Positions 55,202-64,000 of a stretch of DNA of 64,000 nt are shown here, piece after piece; within the stretch, counting starts at the first letter, position 1; the number at the start of each line of letters is the position of its first letter. A program made the position numbers and the translations under genes. Origin of the DNA: Thermoplasmatota archaeon (GTDB lineage Archaea > Thermoplasmatota > Penumbrarchaeia > Penumbrarchaeales > Penumbrarchaeaceae); assembly GCA_029762535.1 (NCBI GenBank), contig JARVGK010000007.1, positions 1 through 64,000 of the forward strand. The letters run 5' to 3'. The notes below the pieces were generated by a model. The model ran no database searches, was not told where the DNA came from, and was given only the letters and a program-made list of their open reading frames with translations.

Positions 55202-55852
55202 ATGCCAGAAAAACTTGACGATGATATGCAGAAGTTGATGTCGGATATAACCGAGATGGCGAGTCTCTCCAAAGGCATGCTGATCGATTCCGTCCGAGCG
55301 CTCAAGGACCTTGACGGTGATCTCGCCAATGACATCATATCGAGAAAGGACAGGCTCTACGAGTACGATGACCGCATCGAGGAGCGGGCGTTGAAGATGC
55401 TCACGTTATACAGCCCCATGGCCTCGGACCTCAGAAGGATAGCCACCGTTTTCAAGATGATAACGTATCTGACAAGGATAGGCAGATACGGATACGACAT
55501 ATCAAAGATAACCCTGCATCTGGTGGGCAAGCCCCACGTGAAGAAACTCATAGATATCCCGCGCATGGCCGAGATCGTGGCGGGGATGATCGATGATGTC
55601 ATAGGCGCATTCCACACGGGCGACCTTGATAGGATCGCGGACCTGGCAGAGAGGGACAATATCGTGGATGAGACGAGGTATTCGATATTCAGGGAGTGCC
55701 TCACATACATGATGGAGGACCCATCGACCATAACCCGATGCACGGATTACATAATGATCGCGAGATACCTTGAGAGATGCGGCGATCACGCATGCAAGAT
55801 CGGTGAGAAGGTTCATTACATGATAACTGGCGAAAGGGTCGAGATCTCATAA
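55202..55852 (+). CDS. phoU: Phosphate transport regulator PhoU
   Basis: PMASDLR, ERCGDHA; position in the operon. Confidence 0.93.
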   Translation: MPEKLDDDMQKLMSDITEMASLSKGMLIDSVRALKDLDGDLANDIISRKDRLYEYDDRIEERALKMLTLYSPMASDLRRIATVFKMITYLTRIGRYGYDISKITLHLVGKPHVKKLIDIPRMAEIVAGMIDDVIGAFHTGDLDRIADLAERDNIVDETRYSIFRECLTYMMEDPSTITRCTDYIMIARYLERCGDHACKIGEKVHYMITGERVEIS

Positions 55853-55864
55853 GGAGGATCCTCC

Positions 55865-56269
55865 TTGAAGAAGAGCGTTCTGATAATCTGCACTCAGAAC
55901 TCGGCGAGGTCCCAGATGGCCGAGGCCATACTCAGGCATCTGAAAAGCGATGAATATGATGCTTTTAGCGCCGGGACGGATCCAACTTTCGTCCATCCCG
56001 GGGCCATCGATACCTTGAAGGAGGCGGGGATCGACACCACCCGTTTGAGATCGAAATCCGCCCTGGAATATCTCGGACGTGATTTCGATCTGGTGGTGAC
56101 CGTCTGCGACAGGGCCAAGGAGAAATGCCCGTTCTTCCCGGGGGCCAAAGAGACCGAGCACAGCGGCTTCACGGATCCCGCCGATCTTATGGCCCAGGGC
56201 CTGTCCCAGCGCGAGGCCTTTGCAGAGGTCCGGGACAGGATCCGCCGGTGGATAGAGGATAGGTTCTGA
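55865..56269 (+). CDS. arsC: Arsenate reductase (thioredoxin-coupled, LMW-PTP fold)
   Basis: CTQNSARSQMAE, SAGT, VTVCD..CPFFP, DP. Confidence 0.88.
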   Translation: MKKSVLIICTQNSARSQMAEAILRHLKSDEYDAFSAGTDPTFVHPGAIDTLKEAGIDTTRLRSKSALEYLGRDFDLVVTVCDRAKEKCPFFPGAKETEHSGFTDPADLMAQGLSQREAFAEVRDRIRRWIEDRF

Positions 56270-56384
56270 AATATATAAAATATATATCTTTCCGGGCTTT
56301 ATATACAAGATATAGGGAATATTAATATCCTCTTCTTTGATTCCCGCGCTTGTAGAACGCGATAAAGCTTTGAAAGGTTGCGGG

Positions 56385-57458
56385 ATGGGAAATATGCTGT
56401 TCGATGGACCCGTGCGGAGAATGGAGAGGATATACTCCGGTTCACCTGGCAAAAGGATCGATGACTCGGACAGGATAGTGATATTCTCCGACATGCACAT
56501 GGGGAACAAGGGAAGGGCGGACGATTTCAAGGACAATGCCCACATCTTCAAAACGGCCATGACCTCCCTCTATGTACCTGAGGATTTCGATCTGATCATG
56601 AACGGGGACATAGAGGAGCTGCACAAGTTCAGGCCCAGGAGCGTCATGGATAGCTGGAAGGGCATATACGAAATGTTCAACGGCGCACTCGACAGAGGCG
56701 GTCTGGACAAGATATCGGGGAACCACGACCATAGGATCTGGCATACGGGGGTCCCGAACAGGGTCTCGGATATCATGACCGACGGATTGAAGCTCAGGTT
56801 CGGGTCCGACACTATTTTCGTCATGCACGGGCACCAGGCCTCGCTCAGGGCCGAGTCGCTGGAGAGATGGGTCCACTACGGGCTCAGGTACGGGGCCTCC
56901 CCCATAGGATTGAAGAACTATTCCTTCCCCCACGAGAGCGAACTCAAGTTCAGGATAGAGGAGAGGGTATATGATTTCTCGAAGAGGAAGAGGATTATGA
57001 CGATAATAGGGCACACACACCGCCCCCTCTTCGAATCCATGTCCAGGGCGGACTCGTTGAAGTTCAAGCTGGAGAGGCTGCTCAGGGATTACACTGACTC
57101 CACCGGGGATGAAAAGGCCAGGATCGAGAGGAACATACACATATACCATGCCGAGCTCGAGCGTCTCCTGCACAAGAACCCGAGGCCCGCCATGAGGGAG
57201 AGCCTCTACAACAGGGGCGTTCTGGTCCCGAACCTGTTCAACTCGGGATCATGCATAGGCAGGAAAGGGATAACGGCCCTTGAGATAGAGAACGGGAGGA
57301 TCTCGCTCGTGTACTGGTTCGATGCCGATAGGTCCACGAAATATTTCAACTACAACGGATTCAAACCCCAACGGGCGGAAGGATCCTCCATCTACAGGGT
57401 CGTTCTGAAGGAAGAGGACCTCTCCTACATATTCTCCAGGATCAATCTGCTCTCTTGA
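56385..57458 (+). CDS. Calcineurin-like metallophosphoesterase
   Basis: SDMHMG, NGDIEE, GNHD, HGH, GHTH, NSGS. Start uncertain (56337, 56385 or 56394). Confidence 0.88.
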   Translation: MGNMLFDGPVRRMERIYSGSPGKRIDDSDRIVIFSDMHMGNKGRADDFKDNAHIFKTAMTSLYVPEDFDLIMNGDIEELHKFRPRSVMDSWKGIYEMFNGALDRGGLDKISGNHDHRIWHTGVPNRVSDIMTDGLKLRFGSDTIFVMHGHQASLRAESLERWVHYGLRYGASPIGLKNYSFPHESELKFRIEERVYDFSKRKRIMTIIGHTHRPLFESMSRADSLKFKLERLLRDYTDSTGDEKARIERNIHIYHAELERLLHKNPRPAMRESLYNRGVLVPNLFNSGSCIGRKGITALEIENGRISLVYWFDADRSTKYFNYNGFKPQRAEGSSIYRVVLKEEDLSYIFSRINLLS

Positions 57459-57462
57459 GATC

Positions 57463-57885
57463 TCAATGGCAGTAAGGGGTGAGGTCGCAGAGCTTCGAAG
57501 CGTTCACCTGCTTGAGCTTGCTCCTTTTACCCTTCTGGTACGGAAGCTCGTCCTGAACATCGATATGGATGGAGGGGGAGTTCCTTTCCATTGTCACAGG
57601 GTCGATCTTCCGTCCTATCCTCTGAACCTCTCCGTTCTTGCATATGCAGGTGTGGACGTCCCTTAGACGGTCTATCAGATAGCAGAACTCGCTCTCGTCG
57701 AGCTTCGAACCGGTCTTCTTCTGGTCATCCTTGAAGACGTAACCCAGCCCCTCGATGAAGACCGTCCCGTCATCGATGATCTCCTCCTCCCATTCCTCGT
57801 ACTTGCCCAGGGACCTGAAGAAGAGAAATCCCAGACCGGCCAGGAATAGCGTTATGGCGGATAGCGTCAGCCCGGAGATGATCAT
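57463..57885 (-). CDS. Hypothetical protein with N-terminal TM
   Basis: Hydrophobic N-terminus; fills the gap between genes. Confidence 0.55.
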   Translation of the reverse strand: MIISGLTLSAITLFLAGLGFLFFRSLGKYEEWEEEIIDDGTVFIEGLGYVFKDDQKKTGSKLDESEFCYLIDRLRDVHTCICKNGEVQRIGRKIDPVTMERNSPSIHIDVQDELPYQKGKRSKLKQVNASKLCDLTPYCH

Positions 57886-58038
57886 GAGTATGGTCTGCGT
57901 GATATCGCCTCTTATATGCTGTTTATACGAATCTGGATAACGTTTTTTATCCTTGCCTATGTACTAGATAGACACTATTTAGCCGGATATAGTCTATAGA
58001 TAATATGGCGCGGCATTCTCACAAGTGGTACTTCCGGG

Positions 58039-58857
58039 TCACCAATCGTATGTGGAAGAGGTTGTGGACCTCATCCCGAACTGATCGGCCACATCGAGCC
58101 GTATCGAGTAGGTCATCGGTGACATCGGGAACGTGACCCTGGCCATCCTTCCGTTGAGGGGGAATTCCAGGTCGGGAGTTCCCGGGAGACCATCATGGTC
58201 ATATGAGATCGTCCAGTCCCAGCTCAATATCTCTCCGCCCACCCCCGGATGATCGGAAAGCGAACCGTCGAGGACCGGGACCGATATGTACGATGCCGAC
58301 CCCGCATCCCATTCCGTCTGGGTCCTTACAACGAAGACAGGGGACGGAGGGAGGAAGTTCCTGTTGAACGAGTTCCCGTAGCTGGTGGATATCTTGATGT
58401 TCAGATAGGACGTGAGCGCTATGTCCTTGTCCCCGCCGAAGAAGTAAGTGTCCGGATATACGATAATCGTCACCTGCTCAGTCGAATCCAATTTGCCCCA
58501 GGAGGCGTAATCCGTCCCGGTCTCGAGGAGAACTCCGTTCTTCATGATATCGAACTTCTCGACGACGTGTTCGTTTATGCTTATCATCCTGATGTAGGAG
58601 GTGCCCTCATGGAAGCTGGCGATGATCAATCCGATCTCGAACCACTCCGTTCCGGCAAGGTTCTCCTGAAGCGATATGGAGGATATGCCTATCTTCTCAT
58701 TATCGCTGAGGTCCTGTATCCTCTGGTTCCTCTGGTACGCGTCCTGGCGGTCAGCCACGAAAACGGCGAACGATGTGGCGGCGACGACGACGATCAGAAC
58801 GAGTATCAACGCTCCGACCACCTCGGAGACTCCCGAACCGCCCTTGATCTTCTTCAT
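58039..58857 (-). CDS. Archaeal type IV pilin (class III signal peptide) with PKD-like C-terminal domain
   Basis: KKIKGGSG/VSEVVGALILVLIVVVAA; LDGSLSD..ILSWDW..Y.IRL.V.D..G. Confidence 0.85.
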   Translation of the reverse strand: MKKIKGGSGVSEVVGALILVLIVVVAATSFAVFVADRQDAYQRNQRIQDLSDNEKIGISSISLQENLAGTEWFEIGLIIASFHEGTSYIRMISINEHVVEKFDIMKNGVLLETGTDYASWGKLDSTEQVTIIVYPDTYFFGGDKDIALTSYLNIKISTSYGNSFNRNFLPPSPVFVVRTQTEWDAGSASYISVPVLDGSLSDHPGVGGEILSWDWTISYDHDGLPGTPDLEFPLNGRMARVTFPMSPMTYSIRLDVADQFGMRSTTSSTYDW

Positions 58858-59033
58858 CCTCGATGCTATGAGGGACTATCTAGATAAAATGCATCAATGT
58901 ATAGCCGATATTATATGGAGTGGAATATAGGACTATGAAGATACATTACTTCTATATGGGTCAGGTTTAAACGAGACGGGGTTCTACAGCGTTACCCGGG
59001 TAAAAGAGAACCTGGCAGTATGGATGTTTCGAG

Positions 59034-59648
59034 ATGGCATTGAAGATACCCGTTCCCGGAATGGACCAGTTCCTATGCGACATACCGGACGGTTCGATGC
59101 TCGTGATGTCCGGGGGCTTCGAGGGCACACAGTCATTCCTCGCACAGTCCATCGGGTACGGGGCCTACAAATCCGGAAGGGAGGTGACCTACGTCACCTC
59201 GAGGGCGATCCCGGACATCATGGGCGAGGTAATGAGATTCGAACCGGGAGTGGTCCCTTTCTACCTTATAGAGAACGTGCCTCTAAATGATTGGAGAACG
59301 TTCATATCCTCAAAATGCGTCCTGATAGTGGACTCATACTCCCTGCTCGTTATGAACGTGGAACTCCCTCAACTGAGGGACGGGCTGATGGAGATCAAGA
59401 CGATTGCGAAGGAGCGCGGGGCCACGTTGGTCCTTGTGGCCCACCCTCCTCTCATCGATGAAAGGAGAACGTCCGTCACGGAATACTTCGCCGACTCTCT
59501 TGTCGAGTTCAGGTCCCAGGAGGAGGACGAGTTCGTACGAAGATACCTGAGGGTCCACAAATGGTACGGTACGATACTGGAGCAGCTTATCTACTACAGG
59601 ATCGATGAAGGGCGAATGGAGATAGACCTCAGGGCCAGGATAGTGTGA
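59034..59648 (+). CDS. KaiC/ArlH-like RecA-fold protein with degenerate Walker A
   Basis: IPVPGMDQFL..IPDGS, GGFEGTQSFLA, YVTS, LIVDS, EYFADSLVEF, RRYLRVHK. Confidence 0.8.
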   Translation: MALKIPVPGMDQFLCDIPDGSMLVMSGGFEGTQSFLAQSIGYGAYKSGREVTYVTSRAIPDIMGEVMRFEPGVVPFYLIENVPLNDWRTFISSKCVLIVDSYSLLVMNVELPQLRDGLMEIKTIAKERGATLVLVAHPPLIDERRTSVTEYFADSLVEFRSQEEDEFVRRYLRVHKWYGTILEQLIYYRIDEGRMEIDLRARIV

Positions 59649-59658
59649 GGACGTTCTT

Positions 59659-61173
59659 ATGATACAATCCAAGGGATACGAGAGATTCGGCCTAACGGGC
59701 AACCCTTTCCGGGACCTTGCCTCCGAGACGCTCGAGACCATCGACATCTTCCACGTCAGACAGGAGATGGACGATCATCTGCGAATGATAATCGACGAGA
59801 TCTTCGAGAAGCAGTCCAAGGCGGTCGTGGCCATACTCGGAGCCCTGGGCATGGGCAAGACCCAGAGGCTTCTCCTGATCCAGAGCTGGGCCAGGGATAA
59901 GAAGGCCTACTGCGTGTTCAGGTCCATCAATCCCCAGGCAAAGCTCGTCATAAGCGATGTCATAAAGACCTTGATCGATACGGTCCCCCTGACATTCTTC
60001 GAGAGGAACATCTCCGCGCCCAGATTCTATTCGGACCTGAAGAAGGCATACAGGTCCTCCCGGAAGAAGTTCGACCCGGAACTGATCGGCAGGGCCATCG
60101 CCGGAGCCCTCAACGCCCGTTCCCCTTCGATACTTATACTTAACGACCTTCACAACGTCGATCCAACGGCCGAGCTGCCGGATTTCCTTCAGGTGCTGTA
60201 TTCCATAGTCAACAACCTGGACGAGGGCGTCATGATAGCGATAGGGTCCAACTCCGCATATTTCGACGGGATAATGAAGAGGCATCAGTCCCTCGAGGAG
60301 AGGATAAACTACAAGCTGGAGGTGCAGCCCCTCATAGACACGGAGGCCCAGGAGATGGTGGCGAAGAGGCTGACGGCGAAGAGGCTCGTCGAGGACCTAA
60401 ACCCCATATACCCCTTCAACAACGATTCCATATCGATATTGAACTCGGAATCACATGGAAATCCCCGGCAGGTCCTCAAGCTCTCGGACAGGATCATCGA
60501 CCAGGCCGCGACCGAGAGGGTCATACAGATAGACGCCCAGTATGCGATGGATATACTCGAGGGATCGAGACAGAAGAGGTCCCTTCCTCCGGCCCCCCAT
60601 GAGATCCTCAAGAAGCTGAGGGAGGAGGCCAGGGTCAAGAGGCCGGCCATCCCGTCTCGGACCCCCCCGGGCATCTCAACAGAGTTCGAGAAGAAGGTCA
60701 AGGAATACGAGCATGCCCTGGAGAAGATGGAGAAGGCCCTGGAGAGGAAAGAACCCCTGCCTGAAAAAGAGAAGAGGATGCCCGGGGCAGCGGTCAAGGT
60801 CGATCTCCCGGTCGATGCTCCTCTGGAGGTCGCTCCATCGATGCCCGATCCGATCGGGACGGTGCCCCCGGTCAAGGTCGATCTCCCCGTCGATACTCCT
60901 CTGGAGGTCGCTCCCCCGATGACCGGTCCTACCACGATCGTGCCCAAGCCCTCCCTGGACGAGGAGCTGCCGCTCATCATCAAGAAGAAGGTGACGATGA
61001 GAAAATTGGAGACCGTCACCGAGGACGGCATTCCGGCGCCTCCGAAGAGCATCTTCATAATTGAGGAGAGGGAAATGCCCGGTCCTCCCAGGAAAGAGAA
61101 GGGTTCCAAGGGCGAACCGTCCGAGGATGCCGTTCTCTCCAGGTACAGGTCGGTTCCTCCGACGCGGAGTTAA
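59659..61173 (+). CDS. ExeA/Cdc6-like AAA+ ATPase with Pro/charged low-complexity tail
   Basis: YERFGLTGNPF, GALGMGKT, ILILNDLH, SLEERI, GNPRQVL. Confidence 0.8.
   Translation: MIQSKGYERFGLTGNPFRDLASETLETIDIFHVRQEMDDHLRMIIDEIFEKQSKAVVAILGALGMGKTQRLLLIQSWARDKKAYCVFRSINPQAKLVISDVIKTLIDTVPLTFFERNISAPRFYSDLKKAYRSSRKKFDPELIGRAIAGALNARSPSILILNDLHNVDPTAELPDFLQVLYSIVNNLDEGVMIAIGSNSAYFDGIMKRHQSLEERINYKLEVQPLIDTEAQEMVAKRLTAKRLVEDLNPIYPFNNDSISILNSESHGNPRQVLKLSDRIIDQAATERVIQIDAQYAMDILEGSRQKRSLPPAPHEILKKLREEARVKRPAIPSRTPPGISTEFEKKVKEYEHALEKMEKALERKEPLPEKEKRMPGAAVKVDLPVDAPLEVAPSMPDPIGTVPPVKVDLPVDTPLEVAPPMTGPTTIVPKPSLDEELPLIIKKKVTMRKLETVTEDGIPAPPKSIFIIEEREMPGPPRKEKGSKGEPSEDAVLSRYRSVPPTRS
60791..60914 (+). 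repeat. Imperfect direct repeat (about 46 bp, 78-bp period) encoding VKVDLPVD(A/T)PLEVAP twice
   Basis: CGGTCAAGGTCGATCTCCC.GTCGAT.CTCCTCTGGAGGTCGCTCC at 60791 and 60869. Confidence 0.9.
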
Positions 61174-61307
61174 TGCAGTAAGTATCCTACTTTTATCTAT
61201 GTAAACCACTGTCCCTAACGCCTGGTATATCATATTATTTAGAGTAAATTATTGCCGTAGGCAGGGCTTAAGGCATGTATCGGTCCTCGGTGTCCTCGGT
61301 GTAGGAC

Positions 61308-61565
61308 ATGATACGGGAACTAAGGCATCAAACGGTGGTCGAGGCCATCTGGAACAGAGGGGGCTGCGCCTCCATGAAGGACATCGAGAACTTGATGTAC
61401 CAGCATCTCAAGGGGCCTTACCACTCCGATCTGGGCTTCATGTATCTGGAGGACCGAACGGCGATCATGAGGCTCAAGATCGACGAGATCCTCGACGACC
61501 TGCGCAGGAACGGGCTCGTTGAGATGATCGATGAGGACCTGTTCGCACTCACCGACGCCTCGTAG
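61308..61565 (+). CDS. Small winged-helix protein (Mrr N-terminal-like)
   Basis: AIWNRGGCASMKDI..LDDLRRNGLVE..FALT. Confidence 0.6.
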   Translation: MIRELRHQTVVEAIWNRGGCASMKDIENLMYQHLKGPYHSDLGFMYLEDRTAIMRLKIDEILDDLRRNGLVEMIDEDLFALTDAS

Positions 61566-61625
61566 ATGTAGATGCATCTTCCATGGTCCGAACGAAGCGT
61601 GGGCGCAAGACCCGATCCGCTCAGG

Positions 61626-63029
61626 CTAGAACACGGCTATGGAGAATAGAAGGACCACGACCAGGGCGAGAACGAGCGAGTGTACCAGTCCGTAGCGGAT
61701 CTTGCCCTCGGTTATCTTCCCTATTATCGTTCCAGATCCGATCCCCATTATGATCGCCAGATGGAAGAAGCGCCTCTTCAGCGTCAGAAGCCCCATCTTG
61801 ACGACAGATGCGCCCCCTTCCGACCCTTCGAGTCCCTGGAAGCCGAAGACCATGGACATGTCCAGATTCTCGAACTTGGGATAGACGTCCATAAGCATGT
61901 ATATGACCGTGAGGAGAACGCCCAAGGCCATGTATATTATAGTTATCTGAATGGTCATCTGCCTCCTTCTCTCGGCCTTGACCTTCACGAAATCGTCCAG
62001 ATCCCTCGCAGCCCTGTGCACGACGACGGCTATGTTGCCCCCTATCTTCGTTGATTCGGCGATGAGCGTCGTGTACCTCTTCACCACCCTGCTGTTCGAG
62101 GGAGCGGCCACGATGTCCAGGGCCTCTTCGAACGCCCGCCCCGCCATGATGTTCTTCGAGGCGATCCTGAGGTATTTTGACATGACGCTCGAGTCGGTCT
62201 TCGCTATCTCGACTATCGCCCTGGCCGGGTCTATGCCGCCTCTCATTCCGTCCGCGATCCCGAACAGGAGCTGGGCGAACGCCGCCTCGTACCTGTTTAT
62301 CCTCTTGAGCTCCCTCTGCGAGTCGATCGCGTACGGGGTCGTTCCGATGAAGAAACCGATTATCAGAACGATCTCGATCCCGAACCTTCCCAGGTCCGGA
62401 TGGTCGTGGACGTAGAATAGTCCCAGTATGGTGAAGGTGATGGCGGTGAGGATCGGTACGTAGAGTATTAGATACTTCTGCTGCACCGGATGCGTTATGA
62501 GGAACTTCTTGAGCCTGAATCTCCTCTTGGCCCTCAGATAGATATAACCGGATATGGCCAGTACCGCGAGGATGGCGAATATCACGCTGATGAAAACGAG
62601 GACCTGCATCGAGGAGGGGAGGGTGAGTTCGAACCCGGGCTCCGGTTCGTCGCTGACGATGAAGACCGAATCGACCATCGCCTCGTTCCCCGCGTTGTCC
62701 CTGATGATGAAGGTGAGATTGTGCGGGCCGCTCGATAGGGTGTATATAGTGTCTATCTTGACCGTCATGTCGGTCTCGTTCACTATGAGGTCGAAGTAGG
62801 CGGAGACGTCGAAATCGTCGATGTAAAGAACCGCGCTTCCCGTGTCAATGCCCGAATAATCGGTGTACTTTATCTGTATCACCGGGTTGGGATCGTATAT
62901 GGTCTGGTTCGCCGCGGGATAGACCAGGGTGACGATCGGCGGATCCGTGTCCTCTGCTGATGCATAGGACATGATGAGGACCAGGGGCAACAGGAGAAGG
63001 ACCGCTGCGGGGAACGTGAACGATCTCAT
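61626..63029 (-). CDS. Type IV pilus platform protein (TadC/T2SS-F) with N-terminal exported Ig-like domain
   Basis: Signal peptide, DTDPP..GPHNLTFIIRDNAGN Ig domain, TMs, then T2SF (IADGMRGG..AFEEAL..GGNIA..ERRRQM..GLVH). Confidence 0.85.
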   Translation of the reverse strand: MRSFTFPAAVLLLLPLVLIMSYASAEDTDPPIVTLVYPAANQTIYDPNPVIQIKYTDYSGIDTGSAVLYIDDFDVSAYFDLIVNETDMTVKIDTIYTLSSGPHNLTFIIRDNAGNEAMVDSVFIVSDEPEPGFELTLPSSMQVLVFISVIFAILAVLAISGYIYLRAKRRFRLKKFLITHPVQQKYLILYVPILTAITFTILGLFYVHDHPDLGRFGIEIVLIIGFFIGTTPYAIDSQRELKRINRYEAAFAQLLFGIADGMRGGIDPARAIVEIAKTDSSVMSKYLRIASKNIMAGRAFEEALDIVAAPSNSRVVKRYTTLIAESTKIGGNIAVVVHRAARDLDDFVKVKAERRRQMTIQITIIYMALGVLLTVIYMLMDVYPKFENLDMSMVFGFQGLEGSEGGASVVKMGLLTLKRRFFHLAIIMGIGSGTIIGKITEGKIRYGLVHSLVLALVVVLLFSIAVF

Positions 63030-63938
63030 TCAATCCACCTTTGCATAGGATGCCGATATGAACAGGTTCATGGCGATCACGGAGAAGGGGATCAGGAAAT
63101 ATGTCATGATTATGAGAAGGGTGCTCGCGTCTATCCCGTTGAACGTCGATGCCAGCGTCTCCATGAGGAACGCCGCCACCCCGGCGAACAATATTCCCAT
63201 CAGCACCAGGCTGGTATAGATCTCCATCAGGGTGCCGAGGCCCTCTATGAACTCCTTCTGTATGTCCCTCTTGAGTTTGAGGCTCGCATCGGCCTTGTTC
63301 CTGAGATACGTGTCCATGTCGCCGCCCTCGTGTATCATGTTCGAGAAGTCCCAGAGCATCTCCCTGAGATGCTGGGAGGGAGTCTCCTTGGCCGTCTCGC
63401 TTATGGCGGTGATTATGTCCTTCCCCTCCACGTCCAGGTGGTATATTATCTTCCTGAACTCCCTGGACATGTACTTCGAGTCCTTTCTCTGGGAGATCTT
63501 CCTCATTATCTGAACCGGGGAGAGGCCGGTGGATGCCAGGATGGAGAGCTCGCTCATGGTGAAGGGCAGCTCCTTGTCTATCTCCGACTTCTTCTTGGAT
63601 ATCCTCGAGGAGATGATAAGGGGATAGGAGAATATCGTGACGAGAAGGGAGACGGCAAAGAGCGAGGCCGTGAACAAGGGCCAGCCTTCCACGTTGAACA
63701 TCACCCTGAAGACGAGTATGGATATGATAAGGACCGCCGCGGCCGAGAACAGCGTGGCGTATAACATCATGGAGAGGTACATCCCCGGGGACATGTTCAC
63801 GTCCCCCTTGGACAGCCTGAGCTTGAGCCGGTTCATGTCGTATTTTAGATCCAATGTGCGACCAAGGGACTGATAGGAGAAACGCTTGTACCTCTCCAGG
63901 AACCCCTCCCAGGCGGAGGGGTCATCCTTTCTTGACAT
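63030..63938 (-). CDS. Type IV pilus platform protein (TadB/T2SS-F)
   Basis: IDKELPF..LASTGLS..GKDIITAI..TPS..GGD. Confidence 0.88.
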   Translation of the reverse strand: MSRKDDPSAWEGFLERYKRFSYQSLGRTLDLKYDMNRLKLRLSKGDVNMSPGMYLSMMLYATLFSAAAVLIISILVFRVMFNVEGWPLFTASLFAVSLLVTIFSYPLIISSRISKKKSEIDKELPFTMSELSILASTGLSPVQIMRKISQRKDSKYMSREFRKIIYHLDVEGKDIITAISETAKETPSQHLREMLWDFSNMIHEGGDMDTYLRNKADASLKLKRDIQKEFIEGLGTLMEIYTSLVLMGILFAGVAAFLMETLASTFNGIDASTLLIIMTYFLIPFSVIAMNLFISASYAKVD

Positions 63939-64000
63939 CGATGGCCCCCATCGATTCGAGGTTGACCATGGCCTTCGTGGGGTCCATGTAGAATTCGTTT
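63922..64000 (-). CDS. C-terminal end of a probable pilus assembly ATPase (partial)
   Basis: NEFYMDPTKAMVNLESMGAIDVKKG*; the Y.DP ending and position upstream of the two T2SF genes fit archaeal VirB11/ArlI-like ATPases. Confidence 0.55.
   Translation of the reverse strand, partial: NEFYMDPTKAMVNLESMGAIDVKKG

Noticed and set aside
60791-60914. Possible CRISPR or DGR repeat pair
   Set aside because: Only two in-frame coding copies, with no spacer array, no cas or reverse transcriptase gene, and no adenine-specific mismatch pattern
61282-61302. GTCCTCGGT tandem duplication before the wHTH gene
   Set aside because: Too short to distinguish from chance or slippage
58039-64000. Archaellum operon
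   Set aside because: The pilin N-terminus is of the VSEVVG pilin type rather than archaellin, two separate TadB/TadC genes replace a single arlJ, and no arlF/G is visible

Overview
Archaeal chromosomal window, most likely Thermoplasmatota. The evidence is radB, archaeal argS, aIF-2beta fused to TRAM, tandem ThyX, MutS1, pycBA, GGTGA/GGAGG ribosome-binding sites, TATA promoters, and many Ig/PKD surface proteins with C-terminal anchors. GC is roughly 55-60% except for a low-GC block at about 60-3330 that encodes two secreted beta-propeller proteins. Housekeeping or known content: pirin, radB, argS, aIF-2beta, an MBL hydrolase, DUF167, patatin, a C25 peptidase, mutS, thyX, pgi, pycBA, a CPBP protease, a wHTH-STAND-TPR regulator, a pstS-pstCA-pstB-phoU-arsC operon and part of a type IV pilus locus. 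The best candidate for an undescribed system is a minus-strand cluster at 4314-19090. It encodes a ~2,070-aa surface protein with 16 alternating Ig domains, an exported vWA protein, and a signal peptide + Ig-like ectodomain + polytopic membrane + CDC48-like AAA+ fusion. It ends with a small membrane protein and an adjacent membrane-anchored LTD/HEXXH metalloprotease with an acidic cytoplasmic tail. Other leads are a pilus locus with an Ig-fused TadC and two degenerate ATPases, a tandem 18-bp palindromic operator at pstS, and a shared uncharacterised ectodomain in a lipoprotein and a CPBP protease. No rRNA, tRNA, CRISPR array or transposase was recognised. All annotations come from reading motifs by eye; no searches were run.
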